From Eledone cirrhosa (taxonomy: Eukaryota), in contig CAXHJY010001471.1 of assembly GCA_964016885.1 (NCBI GenBank), positions 1 to 64,000 on the forward strand: DNA of 64,000 nt, written 5' to 3'. The notes below the pieces were generated by a model. That model was not told the DNA's origin. It saw nothing but the letters and a program-made list of their open reading frames with translations, and did not search any database. Shown here one piece after another: positions 53,655-64,000 of the stretch. The position numbers were made by a program, and so were the translations under genes. The number at the start of each line of letters is the position of its first letter. Within the stretch, counting starts at the first letter, position 1.

Positions 53655-53840
53655 GATGAGATTCTACAGGACTAGAACTGTTTCATTCTTCAGAAATCAT
53701 CAGGAATCTCCTGATGATTTCTGAAGAATGAGACAGTTCTAGTCCTGTAGAATCTCATCTATATTAAAACTTTTATACTCTGCTATGTATTGAGTACCTT
53801 ACTTACTGTGGTTACCTCCGATTCAACCCGGAATAACGTA
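53655..53840. mobile_element. Asymmetric fold-back of a hammerhead-bearing repeat in (TA)n
   Basis: Arms 53655-53705 and 53709-53760; tail to 53840. Confidence 0.88.
53658..53710 (-). ncRNA. Complete type I hammerhead ribozyme motif
   Basis: Reverse strand: GAGATTC CTGATGA T-TTC-TGAA-GAA-T GAA ACAG-TTCTAGTC-CTGT A GAATCTC; 7-bp stem I, 4-bp stem III, GUA site. Confidence 0.85.
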
Positions 53841-53850
53841 TATATATATA

Positions 53851-53945
<95 letters not shown>

Positions 53946-53959
53946 TTGTGTGTGTGTAG

Positions 53960-54430
53960 AAGTTCTATTTAAATTGTTGGGATACAACAAGCAAATATTT
54001 TTTATAACTGATATAAAGCACTCAACAAATTATTGGAGTAAAAATACGATATATTAACTATATTTATAAAACCATATTTATTTCATTATACATATTTCAA
54101 GGACACCAAGTTAAATTATGGTGTGCTTTCATCAGATAAAATATAATATAGAGCAGTTTTATAAGTAAATATTGACATACCCTTAAAGAATGCGACCATT
54201 TCTGTTGGAAGCTCCCGGATAGTATCCGGGATAGTATCCGGTAGCTTCCAACAGAAATGGTCGCATTCTTTAAGGGTATGTCAATATTTACTTATTTATT
54301 TATAAAACTGCTCTATATTATATTTTATCTGATGAAAGCACATCATAATTTAACTTGGTGTCCTTGAAATATGTATAATGAAATAAATATGGTTTTATAA
54401 ATATAGTTTCCATTTGTTAATATATCGTAT
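53960..54430. mobile_element. Asymmetric fold-back element with a hammerhead in each arm (54080-54142 minus, 54322-54384 plus)
   Basis: Arms ~54046-54220 and ~54235-54430; ATTTTAT CTGATGA AAG-C-ACAYCA..TGGTGT-C-CTT GAAA TATGTA TA ATGAAAT. Confidence 0.87.
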
Positions 54431-54449
54431 ATATATATATATATATATA

Positions 54450-54787
54450 TATTTATTAAAATAACAGATTAAAGTTTAAGCAAAGAATCTCCTATTAATG
54501 ACGTATTATTCGTTTTTTCCCGTTCTTTGCCAGCGAACGTTACCACGAACCAAAGTATCGTCTTCCTGTCTTCCTCCGGTTGCAACGTTTTTTGAAATAT
54601 CCAGTTCTGCGTTTACAGATTGACTTTGTTAGTTTCAGAAGATCCCGTTAAGGGTGAAAGCAGCGATTCTTTGCTTAAACTTTAATCTGTTATTTTAATA
54701 AATATTTGCTCTACGGTTCTTATATATTTGATATATATTTTCCTTATCGAGCCCTCTTTGGATTTTAGTCTTCAATTTTATTATTAT

Positions 54788-54791
<4 letters not shown>
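54450..54791. mobile_element. Fold-back repeat with ~41-bp inverted arms and tail, same family as 1903-2029
   Basis: 54450-54489 is the reverse complement of ~54665-54705; flanked by (TA)n. Confidence 0.75.
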
Positions 54792-54854
<63 letters not shown>

Positions 54855-55129
54855 GGAAGAAGCTTTTATTTTCTTTCAACTCCATTTTATTACATATTAA
54901 GCTGCATATGGCTAAGTCTGTGAATGTGCTTCCTTGAATTTCAGTTCAGTTCTTAACATTATCCTTATTATAGACTACAGATGTTTTTCTAGCTAAGGAG
55001 TGATGGATGAAGTGAAGGTTATTGGGCCATCTGCAATAGGGCAGATGGATGGCCATGTGCAGGCCGAGATATATGGGGCTTAGTGCATGTTTGTATCTAT
55101 ACAGCTTACTAAAACTGATACGTAGACAC

Positions 55130-55505
<376 letters not shown>

Positions 55506-55838
55506 TGGAACAACACGTGATTAGAAATCGCTGGTGTAATTTGAAAATTGAATGAATTAGTAAGTTCACCATATTTTTAACTACAGAAAATAGTCTAACA
55601 ACAGAGCATATAATCCCCGAGTACAGGTATAGATATATGACATAGTCGGTTTGTCACGCCGACAGCAACAATTCAAACCGCCCATCGGTCTGCTATTGTC
55701 AATCCAGTTATATATATATATTTTTTTTTTTTTATTTTCCTCTAAAAAAAAAAAGGGGGCTCTCCAGCTCTCCAGAGCGTGAAATTAATAAACATTCGTT
55801 GTACTGCCTCTCTGTTTTGTTCCTGTTCAAATTTTTTC

Positions 55839-55894
<56 letters not shown>

Positions 55895-56168
55895 TTTAAC
55901 AAGCTAGTTCCCGGTACCCAATCGATTATAACAATCTATCGCTGTCATGTCACATACTTATATGTATGTATAGTGGCGGACTGGGTCTAAAAATCTTGGT
56001 TGCCAGGAGATGAATGGGGCCCACCTACATATAGAATGCTATCATTTAATTTTTATAATGAATAAATAATATTTTAAAAGATACATAAGTGGAAACAAAA
56101 CAGTGAAATCAAATTTCTGTGGAAAAATATCTTACCTTCTCCAATAAAAATATTATGTATTTTGCGAA

Positions 56169-56203
<35 letters not shown>

Positions 56204-56204
<1 letters not shown>

Positions 56205-56887
56205 TAGCTGATCCGTCCGGCTGGCGTCCGGCTAGGTATACCGGCATTTTATCTTTTCATGAATCCCCCCTCCACTCCAGTGCAAACATACCGCACGTCC
56301 TCTCAAGTCAGCGCTTGTGGGTAACGTGCTCTGATGTTGGGTTTGAATAGTTTTTAGGATTCCCCAGTTCAGCAGCCAGTACGTTCAAGAAAATTTATTG
56401 TTACAACAATAAAGGCTGAACAGAGAACACATTTTTTAACAAACTTTACAATAATTTGTACAACCATAATGGAAATTCCAAGTAACAGAAAATACATAAA
56501 TTACATTGTTAGAGCCTCAGAGTATACAATATTTTTTGTTCGGCCCTGGGGAGCAAAGATGAAGAGATTGTTTGGCGAGCTCACCTTAGAGCATCCTACA
56601 TACAATTGACCATGGGAGAAGCATGGTGCATGGTTTCCCCACATAAAGGCCAGCCACTTTTAGGGTTTGACCCTGAGCTTTGTTGATGGTAATCGGGAAG
56701 CTTAGTCTCTCTGTTGCTCTAGTAATATTTTTTATTCTGCAAAATCTGATCTTGTGGCGAGGCTGGGACATTTTGGGTGTCATATCGGCAGTAACAATGA
56801 CGATAAGCCGTCTGTGCCTTCGTGAAATAAATACGTTTGTTTATATTTTGTTTTTTGTGGATGCAAAAATATCTGTACACGAATATA

Positions 56888-56958
<71 letters not shown>

Positions 56959-57401
56959 TTGTTGAGAGGGCGTGCTGTATCTTTGCACTGAATTAATTAA
57001 AAGTTGGTTAGAAGCGAAGTCAGTGCAGACAGGCAACCAGACAGACAGATATTATAACCGTGCGACGTTATAGCTATGTATCTAATGCAAACAGCCAGAC
57101 GTACAGACACATATTATAAGGGCGCGACATTATAGCTATGTATCTATCTAAAAAGACAGACTAAGAAAGAGAGAGGAATATCGTATAACCGGAAGTGTTG
57201 ACATTTGAAAATGTTAAAAACGTGAATATTTAAATAAACGATAAAATATCTTTAATCTTTTAACGAAATTCAGAAGACAAAAATACGGTCACTTTTTTAC
57301 TTGGAAATAGTTACATCTATGGTGCAAATTTGGTGCTGTTTGGTCCAGCCGTTTGGCGCAAAGTTTGTTACTTACATACGACCGTCAGCTTTATAGTATA
57401 G

Positions 57402-57402
<1 letters not shown>
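56204..57402 (-). mobile_element. Non-autonomous Helitron with a RepHel (PIF1-like helicase) C-terminal fragment
   Basis: 5' A|TCTATACTATAAAG at 57402; 3' GC-rich hairpin then CTAG|T at 56204; helicase motifs TINKAQGQTL, FSHGQLYVGCSKV and NIVYSEAL at ~56500-56710. Confidence 0.85.
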
Positions 57403-57467
<65 letters not shown>

Positions 57468-57649
57468 TACACAATAATCAAATATATGTTCAAATCATTT
57501 TATTGCTGACACGTTTCTTCCAAACTTTCGTTTGGAATCATCGGAGCACTACCAATGTTTGTACATATAATTAACCTCCTATTCAACTGTACTGACCTTT
57601 CCTGTTTATAGTTGTATTTCGTGTATACATAACTATAAATAATATTGTG

Positions 57650-57832
57650 AGTTGGCAGTATCGGTAGAGTGTCGGACATGCTTTCCAGCATAGTTATGTC
57701 CCTTTACGATCTGAGTTCAAATCCCGCCGAGGTTAACTTTGCCTTTCATCCTTACGGGGTCGATAAAATAAAGTACCAGTAATATACTGGAATAATTGCT
57801 GGCCTTGTGCCAAAAGTAGAAACAATTATTAT
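57650..57832 (+). mobile_element. tRNA-derived SINE
   Basis: Same family as 9324. Confidence 0.88.
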
Positions 57833-57865
57833 TTATATATATTCTTGCGAGTGTGTATATATGTT

Positions 57866-58209
57866 CGTTTTTATGAAAGGTGGGTGAAAGTGGCGAGAAT
57901 GGCCCGTGTGAATGGGCCTTCTTTTTACATAAGCCTGTAGGTGGAAAAGAGGAAGGAACGAGGGAGCACCCCCTCTCTGTGCTCCTGAGGAAAAGGGTTG
58001 CACACTTTTTTCGGGGGTGTGTGCGACCCCCCAAGGCGCCTCCTCTCTATTGAGGATTTTGTTACAAATTTTATTTTTTGTTATATTTTATTTTATTTTA
58101 TTTTTATATTTTGTTATTGCCTCCTCCTTATTGAGGACGCTTTTTTGTGTAAACTACCCCCTTTGTACTTGTCCCACTTTTGATGCCCTGGTGGCAAATA
58201 AAAGAAACA
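57866..58209 (+). mobile_element. 3' fragment of a fourth related Tx1-type family with 10-bp TSD
   Basis: Encodes FYERWVKVARMARVNGPSF; 3' UTR homologous to A/B/C; TATATATGTT at 57856-57865 and 58210-58219. Confidence 0.85.
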
Positions 58210-59475
58210 TATATATGTTTGCATGGATGAATACACTAAGCTTTAGATTTAGTAGTATGTACAACCAGTGGTTCCAGCTATTTGCGCTATCTTATATTGT
58301 GGTTGCTATTAATTCCCTGGGGAATTGGTTGACCAAATGCTTTGCTTAATTGTTTTGTTGTTTTTTTTAATGTTATTCTTTCTCTTAGACTTCAGTTATT
58401 TTTTGAAAGCAAAGCATTGGCCCCTAAAATACTACAGTGGGCCCTGCAATGCTACCGTGGGCTCCTGCAATGCTACCGTGGGCCCCCTGGGGATTACTTG
58501 CCATTGGGCAATCTGGCAATCTGGCAACATGGCCATCCGCACCTGTGTATGTATGTATATTTGTATGAATGCAAGTATGTATGTAAGTATGTATGTATGT
58601 AATTATATATGTATGTATGCATGCATGTATTTATGTGTACATGTATGTAAGCATTAATGTTCGCATGATGCATGCGTGTACTTGTAACTTCTGGTGGAGA
58701 CGTCAAGGCACATTGTGCCCTCTACAGCATGTTTGGGCATTATATGTCTGGAGGTGACTACCCAGTCTCCAGGTCTGAACAAGGCCGATTTCTTACCGAA
58801 AAGGAGAAAGCTGGATAGAAATGATAGAATGATAGAAATGAGGAGATATAGAGAAAGAATCGACCCAGTATTGGACTGGTGCTATTTTTATCCAACCCAG
58901 ATGGATGACAGTTAGAGATGAGCTCAGCAGATTTTGATCACAGCACGCAATGAGCCGGAACGAATATCTGACTCTGCCAATTTGCTGCCAATATAAATAT
59001 ATATAGTACTAATAAACGTGAGACAATGTATTTGACCATACCACTTGTATCCGATACTTTCCCGTGTTTCTAAATCAAATACAAATATGACCGTGTGCCA
59101 AATGAAATAGAATAAGCAATGATATACTGAAATGGATTCCATCGTCTATATTCGGATAAGTATTGGCCTTCTGCTTAAGTGTCATACAGTTTTATAGTTT
59201 TATATATGCTTATAAATAGTTTGGCTAATGATGTTAAACTGCCGACAGTTTGAAGGCCGTGTGTCGGAACTGAGAGTTTATACTTTCTTTTTTAATGAAT
59301 ACCTTGCTGACACAAGAATGATCAGAATATAATACTTAATATTGAATCCTTCAACTCAATGCTCCGATTGTGAATTATAAACGCATCTATATAAGAATAA
59401 TGCAACATTTATGTTTCGGTTACTTGTCTTTTTTCGGAAGTCAGTTGAGAAATGAAATATGGAATAGAAAGATAT

Positions 59476-60232
59476 AGTTTGTATGGCGTTTTAACTTATG
59501 TTTAGCTCTGGTTTTTTAACTATAGAGCGCTTCCCAGCATAACTCTGATTTTGCGTTTCGTTTCGCTTTTTCTACCCGCCGAAATGCGATTCTCGCTGAA
59601 TTCATATTTGTATAAATCTCCCGAGTCTTACAATTAACCTGTTAATAATTCTATTGACAGATTAATAGCATAAGTTTATTTTAAAACTACCCGGTTGAGT
59701 GCTTATTCGATTTGTACTATTTATGCAATTTTTTGCATGATTTACACATACTGAATTCATTTGCCAAAATCTGGGGTTTTTCCCTTGTGATCTACGCATG
59801 TGCTTTTACAAAGCTCTGCGTCATTCACAAAGTTGGCGCAGAACAAAATACCTGTTGATAACGTGATATTCATTGTTCGATCATTATACCAAAAGCTTAT
59901 AGTTTTAAGCAGACAGTATTATTGATTTAGGTGTCATAGAAACCCTGCATTTGGATTTTGCCATCAATTCCAATGGGTCCAGGTCGGTTTTATATGTGTA
60001 TATGTATATATATATATATATATATGATTTTATCATTTATTTTGTTTGACCTGTTTAGCTTGACTTCTTTTTTGGCTTAGGTGGTTAATGCCTTCTTGAC
60101 CACTTTTTCAGTTTGTATGGTGTTTTAACTTATGTTTAGCTCTGGTTTTTAACTATAGAGCGTTTACCAGCATAACTCTGATTTTGCGTTTCGTTTCGCT
60201 TTTTCTACCCGCCGAAATGCGATTCTCGCTGA

Positions 60233-60235
<3 letters not shown>
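59476..60235 (+). repeat. ~126-bp direct repeats (59476-59602 and 60110-60235), the second ending in (TA)n
   Basis: Near-identical GTTTGTATGG...GATTCTCGCTGAATT blocks. Confidence 0.85.
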
Positions 60236-60283
<48 letters not shown>

Positions 60284-60816
60284 AGACAAACCACAACAGA
60301 AACACAAACCCTCCATCTCAATTTTACTTTTGAACATTTCAAGAACTCTGAAAGTAAATAAATAAATATCCTTAAAAGATTCCAGTTGCATTTTCAAATT
60401 CTTTTCCTTTTATATGTATATAGAGACCAATAAAATATGCACACTCCACTTTTCCCTTCCGAGTTCTGTATACACACGCACACCCTTATATTAACATACT
60501 TTTGCTCATAGCTTCGTACTTACAAGCACACACACACACACCCTTTTACTTACATATATTGACACATATCTTCTTAGCTTCGTACAGACGTATAATAACA
60601 CACACGTGCGTATGGCTCTCTATACAAAATGTTTTTTTTTTCCAGGTAGACGCGCTCCATCATCCACTTTTCTAAAAGAATAAATCATACACAAAACGCC
60701 AGCATCAACAGTTTTCCAAGAGATGTCAACATGAATGGACCTGTTATTTTTATCTAAAGACATTTTTTCGAATTCCACCTCGCCCGTCCCTTCAATCTAT
60801 CTTATTTCTCATTCTT

Positions 60817-60852
60817 TCTTCTGATGAAGGACTAGCGTCCGAAAGGTTAAGA
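60817..60852 (+). ncRNA. Penelope-type minimal hammerhead-like motif, degenerate
   Basis: TCTT CTGATGA A GGAC-TAGC-GTCC GAAA GG TT AAGA. Confidence 0.55.
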
Positions 60853-61209
60853 CCCTCTTCCTGCTATTCCAAGCGTTAACCTATAATATCCCTTCCATAT
60901 ACTGTACCGATTGTGTTATTATTTCTGTTTACCTATTACATACTTACATATATATATATGTGTGTGAGTGTGTGTGTACAAATGTGTATACATGCATTAG
61001 TGTGTGTGTCTGTACATACATATTAATACACCCTCCATTGCCTTTAACAACCCATGTCTTTATGTCTCTTCTACTTTATCTTTCACCTTGAACTCCTTTG
61101 CTCATCTTCAAAATCTAAATTTATCAATTTTCTCTCTTTGTATTTTTTTATTATCTCTCTATTACACTCATACGTTTATGTGTGTATGTATATATGTATG
61201 TATGTATGT

Positions 61210-61770
61210 CTCATGGCCGGGTCGTTGGCGACTAAACTGGCAACCCCACCAAGGTTTCTTGGTGAGGAGGGTGACTTTGGACATCCTGCAGGACTAAAAA
61301 CAAAACCTGTCAAAGGGCAAAGGAGCTCTTAAGAGTCAATGGCCATCCAAAATCACCGGGAGAGATGACCACTTAGCCTTTGACAAGGCAGAATTCTAGG
61401 AGAAGGAAAACTCTGATATAACACCTGCAACCCTGATGGTATCCAATGATGTTGACTTGTTCTTCTTTTTGGTAAATATCATCTTGGTTAAGAGAGTGGG
61501 ACTGGCTTTGTGCAGTGCCTTTGCTCACTATAAAAGCTTCACGGCACAGGCATTGCTTTATATCTGGAGATCTCTATGCACTTGTCATCACATGGTACCA
61601 TGGGCCCAGCACTATGTGTCAATAATTGTCACAAGTGTAGTGTTTGTACCAGAGTTTTCAAGTCGCTGGCTGGACTCAAAAGTCACACTCATTCAGCGCA
61701 TCGGTAGGGGTTCTCATACATAGATATAAAGTAGTGGCCGTACTCGAAAACGAGTTGGCAGCCACCATGT
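61210..61770 (+). mobile_element. RTE-related repeat flanked by (ATGT)n
   Basis: Related to 10340-10800; its 3' part (61446-61770) recurs inverted at 63502-63824. Confidence 0.7.
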
Positions 61771-61933
61771 ATGTATATATGTATGTCTGTATGTATGTAT
61801 ATATGTTTGAATGTGAGTATATATGTCTGTATGTGTGGTATTTATACTATGGTGTATTTATAAATGGTAGGTATCGGTATGGTATGTATATATATATATT
61901 ATATATATATATATGTATGTATATATAAATATT

Positions 61934-62019
<86 letters not shown>

Positions 62020-62022
<3 letters not shown>

Positions 62023-62181
62023 GTATATGTGTGTGTGTGTGTGTGTATTCATCTATATATATATATTCATTTATTTATTTATTTATACACACATATATCT
62101 ATATATATATATATATACAGACATTTATATGTGTGGATGTGCATGTGTATATTTCTATATATATGTATGTGTGTATGTTCA

Positions 62182-62277
<96 letters not shown>

Positions 62278-62349
62278 GAGAGAGATGAACATACACACAC
62301 ACATACATATATATAGAAATATACACATGCACATCCACACATATAAATG

Positions 62350-62385
<36 letters not shown>

Positions 62386-62430
62386 TAGATAGATGAACAT
62401 ACACATACACACACATACATATACACACAC
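62020..62430. repeat. Microsatellite-derived palindrome centred on (TA)n
   Basis: ACAGACATTTATATGTGTGGATGTGCATGTG (~62117) is the reverse complement of ~62324-62355; (TC)n and (GA)n mirror each other. Confidence 0.85.
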
Positions 62431-62749
62431 ATTTATATGAGTGTATGTGTATGTGTATATTCCCGTTTGATTTAATCCCGTGTTGCATGCAAATAATTAT
62501 ATATATGTGTGCGTGTGCGTGTGTGTGGTTGTGTGTAAATGTGTGTGTGTGTGTGTGTGTGAGTGTGTGTGTGGGGAGGCATAATGGTATATGTGTATTT
62601 ATGTGTATGGAGTATGTTCGAATATTGCTTTATGAGGAAAGAAGCACACAACAGATGTTGGGGGGTTTGGTCTTTTTTACACTGGATTTTCTTTCTAGCT
62701 ACTCGAGGACTTTAATGACGAGCGAAGTATAAAGAAATACACACGTACA

Positions 62750-63905
62750 TACTAAAACACACACACCACACATACATATATACATACATACATACATACA
62801 CACGTACATACATACATACATGCATACATAAATACGTACATACATACGTACATACATACGTACATTCATACATACATATATACATACATATATACATACA
62901 TTCATACATTCATACATACATGCATGCATGCATACATACATACATACATACATGCATACATACACACGTACATACATACATACATGCATGCATGCATGCA
63001 TGCATACATACATACGTACATACATACATACATGCATGCATGCATACATACATACATTCATACATACATACATACATACATACATACATACATACACATG
63101 TACATACATACATACACACATACATACATACATACATGCATGCATACATACATACATACATACATGCATACATACACACGTACATACATACATACATACA
63201 TACATGCATGCATGCATGCATGCATGCATACATACATACGTACATACATACATACATACATACATGCATACATACATACGTACATACATACATACATGCA
63301 TGCATGCATACATACATACATTCATACATACATACATACATACATACATACATACATACATACATACATACATACATACACACGTACATACATACATGCA
63401 TACATACACACGTACATACATACATACATGCATGCATACATACATACATACATACATACATACATACATACATACATACATACATACATACATGCATACA
63501 TACATGGTGGCTGCCAACTCGTTTTCGAGTACGGCCACTACTTTATATCCATGTAGGAGAACCCCTACCGATGCGCTGAACGAGTGTGACTTTTTAGTCC
63601 AGCCAGCGACTTGAAAACTCTGGTACAAACACTACACCTGACAATTATTGACACATAGTGCTGGGCCCATTGTACCATGTGACGACAAGTGCAGAGAGAT
63701 CTCAAGATATAAAGCAATGCCTGTGCCGTGAAGCTTTTATAGTGAGCAAAGGCACTGCACAAAGCCAGTCCCACTCTCTTAACCAAGATGATATTTACCA
63801 AAAAGAAGAACAAGTCAACATCATACATACATACATACATACATACATACATACATACATACATACATACATACATACATGCATGCATACATACATACAT
63901 ACATG
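62750..63905. repeat. Long (CATA)n/(CATG)n field containing a minus-strand 3' fragment (63502-63824) of the 61210 family
   Basis: Read directly from the sequence. Confidence 0.9.
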
Positions 63906-64000
63906 ATGGCTGCAAGTCGATTTCGAGTAAGGCCATTGCGTGATAATTAAGCATGAGCATCACAGACGTGGCTTTTAGTTCTGCTAGGCACTTGCCTATG

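Noticed and set aside
58400-58540. hAT-like terminal fragment (GGGCCC repeats, TCTGGCAAC); similar at ~55970-56030
   Set aside because: No matching second end or TSD could be established.

Overview
Repeat-dominated, AT-rich eukaryotic (animal) DNA. The microsatellite load and SINE types suggest an octopod cephalopod, but that is inference only. No host protein-coding gene could be supported, and nearly all ORF-track calls outside transposons are microsatellite translations. Two main systems stand out. (1) A ~19.7-kb head-to-tail array (31307-51035, all minus strand) of four L1/Tx1-type non-LTR retrotransposons from three distinct families, each bounded by (GATA)n and with no poly(A) tail. This suggests a (GATA/TATC)n-targeting lineage piling up in one microsatellite. 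(2) At least six unrelated short repeat families, mostly embedded in (TA)n, that usually form asymmetric fold-back palindromes and carry minimal type I hammerhead ribozyme folds (canonical and variant cores), as expected for Penelope-like pLTR remnants or retrozymes. One has a 428-bp tandem monomer. Also present: a CRE-like RLE retrotransposon with an N-terminal PHD-like finger, a deleted mariner with long TIRs, a decayed RNase H-bearing I-group LINE, RTE remnants, a non-autonomous Helitron, and stacked tRNA-derived SINEs in (ATT)n. All structures and alignments were read by eye.
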